A DNA stretch of 64,000 bases from an uncultured bacterium (GTDB taxonomy: Bacteria; Bacillota; Clostridia; Oscillospirales; Oscillospiraceae). The notes beneath the pieces are model-generated. The model saw only the letters and a list, made by a program, of their open reading frames with translations, made no database searches and was not told where the DNA came from. This document shows positions 38,795 through 47,779 of this stretch, one piece after another; positions within the stretch are counted from its first letter, which is position 1; every line of letters starts with the position of its first letter. Where the stretch lies: the NCBI GenBank assembly GCA_947176765.1, contig CAMWRX010000005.1, forward strand, positions 3,771 to 67,770. The letters run 5' to 3'. The position numbers and the translations under genes are program-made.

Positions 38795-38835
38795 CAGCCG
38801 GTCTTGTACTTCGGTACGAGGCCGGTTGCTTTTTT
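38795..38835 (+). terminator. Strong terminator ~80 nt upstream of a sigma-like gene
   Basis: 15-bp stem (with G:U pairs), C(TTCG)G loop, T6 tail. Confidence 0.8.
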
Positions 38836-38915
38836 GTTCCTATAGGAATTTGTCCTCACTGCCGTGGCCCGCCTCTTTGTCTGATTTCAAAAAATCAGAC
38901 AAAGGAGGTTGTCCC

Positions 38916-39317
38916 ATGGGGCAGCACAATAATGACCAGAAGGAAAGCTTCTCCTTGCAGAATCGCTTTACAGCGTACCTCCTGATTGCACTAAAACGAA
39001 AAAAGCGCGATTATCTGCAAAAAAAGTCACGCATTGAGACCTATGAGTTTACGACAGATCCCCTGTCTGTACAGTTCGCTGGTAGCCCAGACAACAGGAT
39101 GTCGCCTGCTGTATCTCAGATTGAGGACGATGCCTTGATGCAGGCCCTGGCACAGCTGACAGCGAGGGAACGCTATATCCTTTTCCAGCGGGTTCTGTAT
39201 GGCAGTGAATACGACGATCTGGCCGCTGATTTGAATTCACGGTATGGCAGCATTGCCACGGCCTATCACCGAACCATAAAAAAATTGAGAAAGAAACTTC
39301 AAGGAGGCCGGAAATGA
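38916..39317 (+). CDS. Sigma-70 region-4-like protein (Tn916 Orf7-like)
   Basis: ALAQLTARERYILFQRVLYG.EYDDLAADLN..YGSIATAYHRTIKKLRK; AAAGGAGG RBS. Confidence 0.8.
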   Translation: MGQHNNDQKESFSLQNRFTAYLLIALKRKKRDYLQKKSRIETYEFTTDPLSVQFAGSPDNRMSPAVSQIEDDALMQALAQLTARERYILFQRVLYGSEYDDLAADLNSRYGSIATAYHRTIKKLRKKLQGGRK

Positions 39318-39496
39318 ACTTCAAAGACATCCTGACCCAAGCCCAGCACGGCAGTGAACAAGCCATCGCAGAGGTCATGGCACGCTACAAATCTTTATTG
39401 CTGAAAGAATCCGTCTGTCGCGGCTTATTCGATGAAGACTTGTACCAAGAGCTGTGCATTATCCTGCTCAACTGCATCCGCAATTTCCGAATCTAA
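39314..39496 (+). CDS. Small helix-turn-helix protein (HTH_16 / Tn916 Orf8-like)
   Basis: ILTQAQHGSEQAIAEVMARYK..L......FDEDLYQEL...LLNCIRNFRI; ATGA overlap with sigma-like gene. Confidence 0.8.
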   Translation: MNFKDILTQAQHGSEQAIAEVMARYKSLLLKESVCRGLFDEDLYQELCIILLNCIRNFRI

Positions 39497-39502
39497 CACA
39501 AG

Positions 39503-39532
39503 CAAGGGGCAGCCCGTGTGGGCTGCCCCTTG
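39503..39532. terminator. Hairpin after the sigma/HTH pair
   Basis: CAAGGGGCAGCCC / GGGCTGCCCCTTG. Confidence 0.7.
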
Positions 39533-39598
39533 TATCTTGACTTACTTGCGTCTAAATGCAATAATAAGCTGTGCCCATAAAAATGAAAGGTGGGAAGA

Positions 39599-40261
39599 AT
39601 GATGGCCGACATCTCCGGTTTCTCCGAGTACACACAATCGTCGCTGGAAATCCTTCGCCAGCCCCAGCAAACGCTGCACTGGTACGTGATCCCGATTTTC
39701 CTTCTGGTCCTGTACGTAGTCACCAAGGAACTCAGCGAAAAACATTACAAGATCCTTCTCGGCGGTCTTGCCCTCTGGGGAGTGGATCTGTTCAACGAGA
39801 TCTGGAACTCCATGGTCTGTTTTATCAGCGGCTATGCCCCTGTGTGGGGTGCCCCGGTGGGAGTGGGCGATACCGCATGGCTGATCCTGATTGGCTACAA
39901 CGTGGAGATTTCCATGATGTTCCTGATTTTAGGCATCACCGCCTGCCTGATGCTGCCGAAAGACCCGAAAATGAAAATCCTGGGCATCAATAACCGGGTA
40001 TTCCTTTGTGTCGTCCTCACCACCCTTGCGGTAATCATTGAGTGCTTCCTCAATTACTGCGGTATCCTCACCTGGGAATGGCCGTTCTGGCAGCGCTCCT
40101 GCCCATGGCTGATCTGGCTGATCGGCTATCTCCCCTTCTTTACCGCGGCGTTCTATGTCCATGACCGCCCCACGGTCAAGGACTCCGCCAAGGTCGTTGG
40201 CGGGATTTTAGGCTTTGACCTGGTTCTAATCGTTATCTGCATCTTCATGGGTTGGATTTAA
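39599..40261 (+). CDS. Hypothetical integral membrane protein (6-7 TM)
   Basis: Hydrophobic helices with polar motifs DLFNEIWN, YNVEI, IECFLN; GAAAGG RBS. Confidence 0.8.
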   Translation: MMADISGFSEYTQSSLEILRQPQQTLHWYVIPIFLLVLYVVTKELSEKHYKILLGGLALWGVDLFNEIWNSMVCFISGYAPVWGAPVGVGDTAWLILIGYNVEISMMFLILGITACLMLPKDPKMKILGINNRVFLCVVLTTLAVIIECFLNYCGILTWEWPFWQRSCPWLIWLIGYLPFFTAAFYVHDRPTVKDSAKVVGGILGFDLVLIVICIFMGWI

Positions 40262-40270
40262 GGGCAAACG

Positions 40271-40308
40271 CAAATCAGCCCCATGCCGGAAGGCATGGGG
40301 CTGATTTG
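40271..40308. terminator. Bidirectional terminator
   Basis: CAAATCAGCCCCATGCC / GGCATGGGGCTGATTTG. Confidence 0.85.
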
Positions 40309-40312
40309 ATTG

Positions 40313-40780
40313 TCAGGGTGTGCTGCTTCTGAAGCTGTCCATCCACGCGGTCAAAACCTCTTTGGCCCAGGTATCATCGGCGCGAAGCTCCGGGAAGGTT
40401 TCCTGCAAATACGGTATGGCTCCAAACATATTGACGGTGCCAGCGTCTCTCAGGAAATCCAAATAGCGGAAGTACCTGCCCATATCCTTACCGTTTTCCT
40501 TGCATTTTTGACAGCACAGGGCTAAACTCTCACTCCGGAAAGAGCCGCCGCTGGAGTAATTCCACTCCACGGTGCCGTCCTCATATTGATGGATGCCATG
40601 TACTTCAATGGCCCAGCCGTCCGTCAGCCGGATCACGGAAGTCCGATGTTCTCCGAGAGCAAGAGACCGCTCCTTTTGAATATCATCCGGGTAGGCCGCA
40701 TTGCCAGTACAGCGGTACTCACCGCCGTTTCGGTTCCTGTAAATCCGTCCAACAGTCGGAATGATGTAGTTATTTGGCAT
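40313..40780 (-). CDS. Hypothetical protein (element backbone)
   Basis: GAAAGGGG RBS; C-terminal YFRYLDFLRDAGTVNMFGAIPYL motif. Confidence 0.75.
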   Translation of the reverse strand: MPNNYIIPTVGRIYRNRNGGEYRCTGNAAYPDDIQKERSLALGEHRTSVIRLTDGWAIEVHGIHQYEDGTVEWNYSSGGSFRSESLALCCQKCKENGKDMGRYFRYLDFLRDAGTVNMFGAIPYLQETFPELRADDTWAKEVLTAWMDSFRSSTP

Positions 40781-40784
40781 TTTG

Positions 40785-41357
40785 TTATCCCCTTTCGGTT
40801 GAATCCGCAGCATTTGTTTCAGCTTCCGGATATTCTAATTTGTTTTTGCGCGCCATGTCCCGGTCAAAATATGTAAAGACATCAGCGTCATAACCACAGA
40901 TATGAAAATAATAGGGAACCAGGCCATCGTCAATTTCGATTACCTCACCGTTCTTGACATGGAACCCCAAAATATCTTCGATGGGCCGTTGCTGAATCTC
41001 CTTGTAGAAATCCCGTGCCGTCAGCGTTGTGCTGCCCTCATAGCGCACGGCATACTCATAGCCGGAAGGAGTGCTGTGGATGCCGTCCTGCTCCAGCAGA
41101 TGCCGCAGATACCAGGAATTGGTGTCTTTATAACAGTAGACCCGCAGTTCAGCGGGAGATTTCCGGCAGGGGCACCAGGAGGGGACATATACCTTTGGGT
41201 CAGAGGATTTGAACACCCTGATCCGTTTCCCGCCGGAGCAGTACCGGCTTCCAACCCTTAAAAAGGCACCCTTAACTTTTTGGGCGACTGGCCCACTGTG
41301 ATAGCCATAATGGGGACAGTTCGCGCATTGCGGTTTACGAATCGGCATAGACGCCAT
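40785..41357 (-). CDS. Hypothetical protein with N-terminal Cys cluster
   Basis: CANC...YCSGG...WCP; GAAAGGA RBS. Confidence 0.75.
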   Translation of the reverse strand: MASMPIRKPQCANCPHYGYHSGPVAQKVKGAFLRVGSRYCSGGKRIRVFKSSDPKVYVPSWCPCRKSPAELRVYCYKDTNSWYLRHLLEQDGIHSTPSGYEYAVRYEGSTTLTARDFYKEIQQRPIEDILGFHVKNGEVIEIDDGLVPYYFHICGYDADVFTYFDRDMARKNKLEYPEAETNAADSTERG

Positions 41358-41440
41358 ATCAATATCATCCTTTCGCAGTTTATAAGGAGCGGCGGCAGAA
41401 ACGTTCTGCCACCCCCCTTCGCTCATCACAGCCTACAAAG

Positions 41441-41716
41441 TTATGACTTTTTGCCCGTCTTGAAAAGGCGCCTCGAATCGAAGTATATGGGTTCGTCTTG
41501 CGGCGTGAACTGGACGGCGGAGAAATGGAATGCGCTCCGACCGATCCCCGCCAAGTAGCTTCTGCGTCCGAGAAGCTCCAGAGCTCTTTTCTGACCAATC
41601 CGACCGCCGCAATATTCATAGGTTGTTTTGTATGTGGCCTCCTCAATCTGCTCAAGGTCACCTTCCGGATGGCCCATATCAAGCAGCATAGCCTTGTCTT
41701 CTGGCGTCAATTTCAT
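41441..41716 (-). CDS. Hypothetical protein
   Basis: GAGGAG RBS, in operon. Confidence 0.7.
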   Translation of the reverse strand: MKLTPEDKAMLLDMGHPEGDLEQIEEATYKTTYEYCGGRIGQKRALELLGRRSYLAGIGRSAFHFSAVQFTPQDEPIYFDSRRLFKTGKKS

Positions 41717-41750
41717 ATTGAACACTCCTCTCTGTTTTATCATGGCAGCC

Positions 41751-42158
41751 CTACTGCCCGTCTGGTGGCCGGGACAACCCCGCCATGATCATCTGCACAG
41801 CGGTGCGAAAGCCGGATTCATAGGCACGTCGCATATTATCGGAATTGCGCTCCGCCGCGGCGTCCAGATATGCTTCCAGTTCCTCCCGGTTCCGCTCAGG
41901 CAGCGTCTCTGCCAAGGTGTTATAGGCCCGCTTGACCGCCTGCTCCAGCTCGTTGGGCTCAGCAGTCTGCTTAAAAACCCCGCACTCGTAGTTTCCGAAA
42001 TAGAGCTCGGACAGGAAATTCGGGTCAGGCTCCACGGGCAAGACTGCTGCCCGCGGAGGTTTTTCCAATGCAGCAGTGAGGCCCTGAATGGATTGGATCA
42101 GCTGGGGCAGCTGATGCTCAAAAAACCTGCATCCCATTACAGTTTCGTGAAAATTCAT
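41751..42158 (-). CDS. Hypothetical protein
   Basis: GGAGGA RBS; MNFHET.MG.RFFE.QLPQL. Confidence 0.75.
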   Translation of the reverse strand: MNFHETVMGCRFFEHQLPQLIQSIQGLTAALEKPPRAAVLPVEPDPNFLSELYFGNYECGVFKQTAEPNELEQAVKRAYNTLAETLPERNREELEAYLDAAAERNSDNMRRAYESGFRTAVQMIMAGLSRPPDGQ

Positions 42159-42169
42159 GTCATGTCCTC

Positions 42170-42646
42170 CTATTTGTATTTCAGCACGGCCCCGATGTAA
42201 TAGTGGACGCCGGACTGGGCTTTGCGCAAAAACTCATCTAAAGGCGTGGGCGTCATGTCATTGCCCCACAGTACATAGTCGCCGTACTTCTGGGTAAATG
42301 CCTTGCCCAGATTGTCGATCAGCGCCGCCACCCAGTCATGGTCGTGGATAAATTGCGTTTCGTTCAGCTTCTGCAATGCCATCACCGCCTGCTGGAATGC
42401 CGCGAACCGGCCCTCAAAATGGCGGTCAGCGGCCTCCGTGTTAATGATAAACGCCTCGCCATCCAGAAGGCCCAGCTGCTTCTCCTCCAGCCACTTGCCA
42501 AAGCAAGCGATCACGTTCTCCCGGTCCTGCACTGCATTGACCCTCTCGGCGATGGGGAAGGTGCCGGGGCTCTCATTGAAATCGTACTCTGTGGTCCATT
42601 CGTCCGGCGGGGCCGGGGCCTGGAGCAATTCGTAAATATAGCTCAT
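42170..42646 (-). CDS. Hypothetical acidic protein
   Basis: GGAGG RBS, in operon. Confidence 0.75.
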   Translation of the reverse strand: MSYIYELLQAPAPPDEWTTEYDFNESPGTFPIAERVNAVQDRENVIACFGKWLEEKQLGLLDGEAFIINTEAADRHFEGRFAAFQQAVMALQKLNETQFIHDHDWVAALIDNLGKAFTQKYGDYVLWGNDMTPTPLDEFLRKAQSGVHYYIGAVLKYK

Positions 42647-42727
42647 GGTAAACCTCCAAAAATGCGGGGGACGGCTGTGCATTCAGCCATCCCCCTAAAA
42701 TAGTGCGGCGCATAAAGGCCCCCGGCC

Positions 42728-45268
42728 TCACGCGCACAACGTCTCATCGGCTCCTCCCGGCAGGCTTTTGTCTTGTTTCACCAGGAAGATATTTTTCTTA
42801 TAGCTGCCCTCCGAGGCGACCTCCGCCTTTCCGCCCAGGCTGTCCAGGTACTGCCCGCCGGCCTTGGACGCAGAAATATAGAGGTGCAGGCTGGTCTGGG
42901 CAAAGTCCCCCGCTGCCACCTCCCGGTAATCCAGGCTCAGCACCAGCTGGGCGCCCAGCATCTCAGCCTTCTGCCGAACCAGCTTCACAAACAGCGCTTT
43001 GATTTGCAGTGCGTCCTCCTGGTTCAGCCCGCTGCTGTAGGGATGCTCCAGAAACAGCGCCAGTCGTTCATCCTGATGCCGATCCTCCCAGGAGCCGCTT
43101 GCGGTCTCCAAGTCCACAAAGCTGAGCCTCCCGCCGATCCCCTTTCGGTTTTCCGCGGCTCCGCTCAGATTACACTTGGTCAGGCGGATGCAGGCACGGC
43201 CTACGATCCGGCCATCCTTTTCCGCATACAGCACCTTTTTGTTGGAATCAAAGCAGGCCAGCAGACTGCTGGCGTAAGCGCCGCCGCGGTAAGACAGGCA
43301 CGTTTCCTGGGGCTGTGTGCCCAGCTGCATGGTGGAGAAGAAATCGTCCCGCTCCCAGATTTCTGCATCGCCCTGGGTCAAGGAAAGGTTGTGTTTCCAC
43401 TCCACCTTTGCCTGGGTGTCCAGCGGGTAATCCAGCTCCTGCTCCAAGTCACCTGTGTGGTATTTCAGGTCGCTAAACTGTCCCATCAGCTCCGCCTTGA
43501 CCACGCGATGGAATGACGGATGCAGCTCCGGGTTCAGGCAATTCAGATACGTCCGGGCGATCCCAGCCCCATCCCGGCACAGGAACTTCACAATGTCCTC
43601 CTGGTACCGGGTCTTAAAGCCGGGGCTTAATTCCATGTCGTTCGCCAGAGTCTGCCAGTCTTGGTCCACTTCCAGCAAATTGGCCTTCAGCGCGTCAACG
43701 CTGTCAAAACGGTCAAGGTACTCCAAGCTGCGCAGCACCAGCATCACATCAGCCTGACACTGAATACCGGGGAGCAGGGGGCGCAGCTTGTCCAGGTGAA
43801 TCAGCAGCTGTGCGGCGTTCTCCGCCCGGATGTCCCGGATATGCCCCAATTCCTCCCGCCGCCAGTCGGCAAGGGGCTTTTGATCCAGCAGTCCGGCCAG
43901 CGTGGTCAATTCCTCCTCGCTGTCGATCTCATGCAGGACATTCCGTTTCCGCAGCTGGCGCAGTACTTTAATCCGGTCGTCCAACTTTGGTGTGCGCAGC
44001 TTGCTATACAGAACAGCGTAGGAATCGGGCACGTTATAGAGCAGCTTCAATTCAGCAAAGGTGTACTGGCGGTCACCAGCCAGCAGGGACTTGGGCTGCC
44101 CTTTCATTGTCATCCAGCCGCAGTCCTCCAGGTCTTTGGCCGTCAGCTCATTCAGATTGAAGTGGTCGCGATACAGCGGCTCATGGAACAGGATGGACCA
44201 TCTGGACAATCTCAGGAATTGATCCGTATGTTCATCCACCAGCCGGATAAAGTGCTTTTTGTCACGGGTGATGGCATAGAGCAAAAGCCTTTCCTGGAAA
44301 TCACTCAACCCATAAAGGGAAACATTCTTAAACCTGCTGCCATATATCAGGTTGATATACCCGGTGTAGCTGCCCATGGCCTTGTCCATATCCTCGGCAG
44401 AGGCTGTCCGCGTCCGGCGTTCCATGCGCTGAAGCTCGGACAGGGCGCAGTTATTTTCCCGCCAATGGTGCAGGAATCTGCCGGCGGCATCGGCCCCCGA
44501 CCGCTGGAGCACAAGAGACAGCAAGCGGAAATATTCATCCCCGTCTTCCGCGAAATACTGGTAATCTTTCAAAGAGAGATATTCCAAAACGCCCTTTTCA
44601 TGGATCGTCCGGGCGATGTCCGCCAGCGCGGGGGAAAACTGGAACAGGGCCCAGACATCCTCAAAATCCGCCGAAGCGAACAGATAGCGGGTGCCCACAA
44701 AGGGTTCGGCCAGCAGCTCCCGTCGACTGTCATCCAGGACAGCGGGGACTGCGGCACAGGCGGACAGGTTCTTTACGATCTGTGCCCGTCCTTCATCTTC
44801 CAGCTTTTTGGGTGCGAAGTTCTCCAGATAGGCCAGCCGCGCGCCCGCGGTCATGTCGATCTGTTTCAATACGAACAGCACATCCGCCTCCGGGTAGCCG
44901 GCGGCAGACTTTTCGTTGGCCCGGCAGACCTCCAGCAGCTTGTCCAGCCGCTGTTCCAGGTCGTTCCAGTCCGGCGGGCGGTTCTCCATTTCAACGCCTG
45001 CCGTTTCTTTTTCCGCGAGGGCCATCAGCCGGCCCAGCCAGGGGGCAAAACCAGGGTCGCAAATCAGTTCACGCTGAACGTTTTTAGGAAAACTGGCTGT
45101 GCAGTCCAGGTGCTCAACCATCCTGCTGCAGCACAGCAGGAGCTGTGACGGGGGAAGCTCCGCCGTCCAGGCCAGGTTCAGCTGAACCGCCTCCATCTGA
45201 AGGACGCAGGTGACACGCTCCCGCATCATGCGCCCAAGTTTATTTGTCGGGATCTCCGTCAGGGTCAT
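42728..45268 (-). CDS. Large hypothetical protein (846 aa), possible PcfJ/GNAT-like C-terminal domain
   Basis: Long ORF with GGAGGT RBS; C-terminal FFSTMQLG..ETCLSYRGG.Y...FDSNKKVL....GRIVGRACIRL. Confidence 0.85.
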   Translation of the reverse strand: MTLTEIPTNKLGRMMRERVTCVLQMEAVQLNLAWTAELPPSQLLLCCSRMVEHLDCTASFPKNVQRELICDPGFAPWLGRLMALAEKETAGVEMENRPPDWNDLEQRLDKLLEVCRANEKSAAGYPEADVLFVLKQIDMTAGARLAYLENFAPKKLEDEGRAQIVKNLSACAAVPAVLDDSRRELLAEPFVGTRYLFASADFEDVWALFQFSPALADIARTIHEKGVLEYLSLKDYQYFAEDGDEYFRLLSLVLQRSGADAAGRFLHHWRENNCALSELQRMERRTRTASAEDMDKAMGSYTGYINLIYGSRFKNVSLYGLSDFQERLLLYAITRDKKHFIRLVDEHTDQFLRLSRWSILFHEPLYRDHFNLNELTAKDLEDCGWMTMKGQPKSLLAGDRQYTFAELKLLYNVPDSYAVLYSKLRTPKLDDRIKVLRQLRKRNVLHEIDSEEELTTLAGLLDQKPLADWRREELGHIRDIRAENAAQLLIHLDKLRPLLPGIQCQADVMLVLRSLEYLDRFDSVDALKANLLEVDQDWQTLANDMELSPGFKTRYQEDIVKFLCRDGAGIARTYLNCLNPELHPSFHRVVKAELMGQFSDLKYHTGDLEQELDYPLDTQAKVEWKHNLSLTQGDAEIWERDDFFSTMQLGTQPQETCLSYRGGAYASSLLACFDSNKKVLYAEKDGRIVGRACIRLTKCNLSGAAENRKGIGGRLSFVDLETASGSWEDRHQDERLALFLEHPYSSGLNQEDALQIKALFVKLVRQKAEMLGAQLVLSLDYREVAAGDFAQTSLHLYISASKAGGQYLDSLGGKAEVASEGSYKKNIFLVKQDKSLPGGADETLCA

Positions 45269-46586
45269 CTCGCCTGACCTCCTTTATCTTTGAAATGTAC
45301 GACTGGAACTCTGTCCAGCCCAAAGTACCGCCTCGGATCAGTTCCCTACAAATGGCTAAAAACCGGTCAGCCTCTTTGGAGGACAGGACATACCCATTAT
45401 TCTGGAGCAGTTCCTCCATGCCATCGCATACCACACGGTGCGCGACAGGCTCTTTGTTATTATAATAACGGTATTTATTCAAATATCTGGCGATAGATTC
45501 AAAGGTGCCGTTGTTGGTTTCGGCGTAGCAGGTTTCGATCTCCTGGACCATCTCCAAATGTTCCTGCCGCTTTCTTTCCGCTTCCGCCGCCTCTTTGGCT
45601 TCCTGCTCCGCCTGCTGTTCCTCCGGCGTCAGGTAACGCCGTTTCAGCTGGTTGGCATCGTAGGCAGACAGCTTCGATTGGGTTATCAGCACATCAAATA
45701 TCCCCCGCTGATCCTCGGGCAGAAGCAGCGCGGCCACTTGTTCATTTTCCAGTACGGCCTGCGCGAAGTCGAGGTAACGTCCGGGCTTTATGGTGAAGAA
45801 ATACTCATCTACCCAGTGGAGCAGCAGCCGCTGTCCTTCCGGGTCGTCCGCCAGAAAGTCCCTTTGGAGATTGAGGGTGATCGTTTCACCGCCATAGCCC
45901 TTTTGTTCCCACAGCTCATGCTCAAATCCGGCAGAATTCCGGCCAAAATATGAGTTCATGCCCGGATACCCATACTGGTGCAGGAACCGTTTCAAAAATT
46001 CAAACGCTTGGATCGTTTCGATATTGCGGCAATAGTCCTTGATGTGATGCATCAGGGAGGCATCCGATACGCTTCCATCCTCGGCCAGACAGCTCTGGAA
46101 CGCCGTCCACAGGTCGATAATGCCCGCCTTTACCAGAAGGTGGAACTTGCCGGCGTATGCGTTCTCGCTATACCGATCTGTGTAATTTTTCCCGGTGAGC
46201 GCGTGGTAGCGGTCCAGCCGTTCCTGAACCTGTGCGGCGTCCATTTTCTCGGTCAAACAGCCTTCAAACAGTTTTTGGTATTGCTCCTTATCCAGGCTGC
46301 CGGCCAGGGAATTCCACTTGGAATCCATGATGTCAAAATTGATGGTGGCCGGGTGCAGGGCTTCGCCGCTGCAGCGGATGAACCAGGCCATAGTCTCGGG
46401 GACCTGGATGCGCAGGCCGCCTTTCAGCGTCTCAACCAGCCGGTGTTCCCCATAGCACTTGACGTCAAAGGTCGAATACATCTGATAGACCTGGGTGAGC
46501 TGCGGGTAGACCTCGGCGGGCAGGGGCTTGTCACAGGCCAGCACAGTACGGAACAGTCCCACGATCAGTTGAAAACTTGCGCTCAC
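45240..46586 (-). CDS. Hypothetical protein (448 aa)
   Basis: GTG start overlapping the upstream stop (GTGA); 3' end overlaps the start of the 846-aa gene; charged coiled-coil-like segment EEQQAEQEAKEAAEAERKRQE. Confidence 0.8.
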   Translation of the reverse strand: MSASFQLIVGLFRTVLACDKPLPAEVYPQLTQVYQMYSTFDVKCYGEHRLVETLKGGLRIQVPETMAWFIRCSGEALHPATINFDIMDSKWNSLAGSLDKEQYQKLFEGCLTEKMDAAQVQERLDRYHALTGKNYTDRYSENAYAGKFHLLVKAGIIDLWTAFQSCLAEDGSVSDASLMHHIKDYCRNIETIQAFEFLKRFLHQYGYPGMNSYFGRNSAGFEHELWEQKGYGGETITLNLQRDFLADDPEGQRLLLHWVDEYFFTIKPGRYLDFAQAVLENEQVAALLLPEDQRGIFDVLITQSKLSAYDANQLKRRYLTPEEQQAEQEAKEAAEAERKRQEHLEMVQEIETCYAETNNGTFESIARYLNKYRYYNNKEPVAHRVVCDGMEELLQNNGYVLSSKEADRFLAICRELIRGGTLGWTEFQSYISKIKEVRRDDPDGDPDK

Positions 46587-46819
46587 CCATGGTCTGACGC
46601 CCTCCGTGCGCAGTCTGGGCATTTGATGAGGTCGCTGGATTGCATAAGCGTTATGTAATTCTCACGTCCCACGGCATTATGCAGACAGTGTGAGCAGAAG
46701 TTTTTGCCGCAGACCTCACAGCTCCAGATCTCGCCATGGGTGTCTGTTTGCTCCTCCCAGCCCAACTCAACTCCGCAAAAATCACAAACATATTTGTCTG
46801 TTTCCTTGCGGTATGACAT
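46583..46819 (-). CDS. Small zinc-finger protein (4 x CxxC)
   Basis: CDFC, CEVC, CSHC, CPDC; GGAGGTG RBS. Confidence 0.8.
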   Translation of the reverse strand: MSYRKETDKYVCDFCGVELGWEEQTDTHGEIWSCEVCGKNFCSHCLHNAVGRENYITLMQSSDLIKCPDCARRASDHG

Positions 46820-46897
46820 TTTTGCTCACCTCCATAAAGTGAGTGCGTCATGAAGCCATTTGGCCCCATGACGCACCCTTGTAAGTTTCACAGCCGA

Positions 46898-47113
46898 TCA
46901 TGCCGCCGTTTTTCCGGCATTGGCCTGAACGGACCTTTCAAAATAGTCCTTTACGGTAAAGGGCACAGCCGCCACCCGCCAGTTTTTTGGCTTTGGCTGT
47001 CCGGCCCGCACCTTTTCCAGCAGCGGGCGGTTTGCCGAGACGGCATACCGCATCCAGCAATAGCGTGGGCAATGCCCGGTTTTGAGCAGCACTTTTCGTT
47101 CCAGCGCATACAT
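46898..47113 (-). CDS. Small basic hypothetical protein
   Basis: GGAGGTG RBS directly after the YkgJ-like gene. Confidence 0.6.
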   Translation of the reverse strand: MYALERKVLLKTGHCPRYCWMRYAVSANRPLLEKVRAGQPKPKNWRVAAVPFTVKDYFERSVQANAGKTAA

Positions 47114-47116
47114 CGC

Positions 47117-47779
47117 TCACACCTCCCCCAGCTTTTGCCGGAGGAGCCGCTCCAATGCCGCCATATTTGCTTTGTACTGCGGCATGAAGGGCTTGTCCAG
47201 GTCGTAACTGTAGTAACGGTAATGGAGTATCTGGAACAGACTGGCTCGGAGCTCGCCGGCACCCAGGCTGCTCAGCAGGCGGCCCAGGATGGGCAGAGTA
47301 TTGCCTTCAGCAGCCCAGAACTCCCGGTTCTCCCTGGTGAAATTCTCACGGAGCCAGTCCTTCACCTGTATCCGGTCACCGGAAAAATGACCCGCGTGCT
47401 GGTCCACACAGCGATAGAACTCAAAGACTCTCCCCCGCTGTCCGGGCCGCACACTAAACGGGTATATCCGGCAAACATGGGGCCTGCCCTCATAGACAGA
47501 GCACCGGCCATCCTTCAAAAAGACGCAGGCGTGGTCTGGCCCCTCCGTGTTCATCGTGTAAATAGGCAGATAGCCCTCCAACATATCGGTGTGGGCGTAC
47601 CGCGTGTACACATCGTCAATAGAAGTGACCTCGCCCCGCTCACGGAGCAGCCGGGCCAGGTGATAGGCGTCCAGTGGCTCCAGCATAAGCTGGTTCTCCA
47701 AATCCCGGCAGCAGTTACCGCACAGCTGACAGCGGAACGTGACCCAATCCTTGGGCCGCACAGGTTCGGCGCGGTTCAT
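47117..47779 (-). CDS. YkgJ-family (CxxCxxCC) Fe-S/Zn cluster protein
   Basis: FRCQLCGNCC, ACVFLKDGRCSVYEGRPHVCRIYPF; ATGA overlap with upstream gene. Confidence 0.88.
   Translation of the reverse strand: MNRAEPVRPKDWVTFRCQLCGNCCRDLENQLMLEPLDAYHLARLLRERGEVTSIDDVYTRYAHTDMLEGYLPIYTMNTEGPDHACVFLKDGRCSVYEGRPHVCRIYPFSVRPGQRGRVFEFYRCVDQHAGHFSGDRIQVKDWLRENFTRENREFWAAEGNTLPILGRLLSSLGAGELRASLFQILHYRYYSYDLDKPFMPQYKANMAALERLLRQKLGEV

Noticed and set aside
46560-46622. Possible frameshift at the start of the 448-aa gene (ATGGGTGAGCGCAAGTTTTCAA)
   Set aside because: A GTG start overlapping the upstream TGA (GTGA) gives an intact, coupled gene without needing a frameshift.
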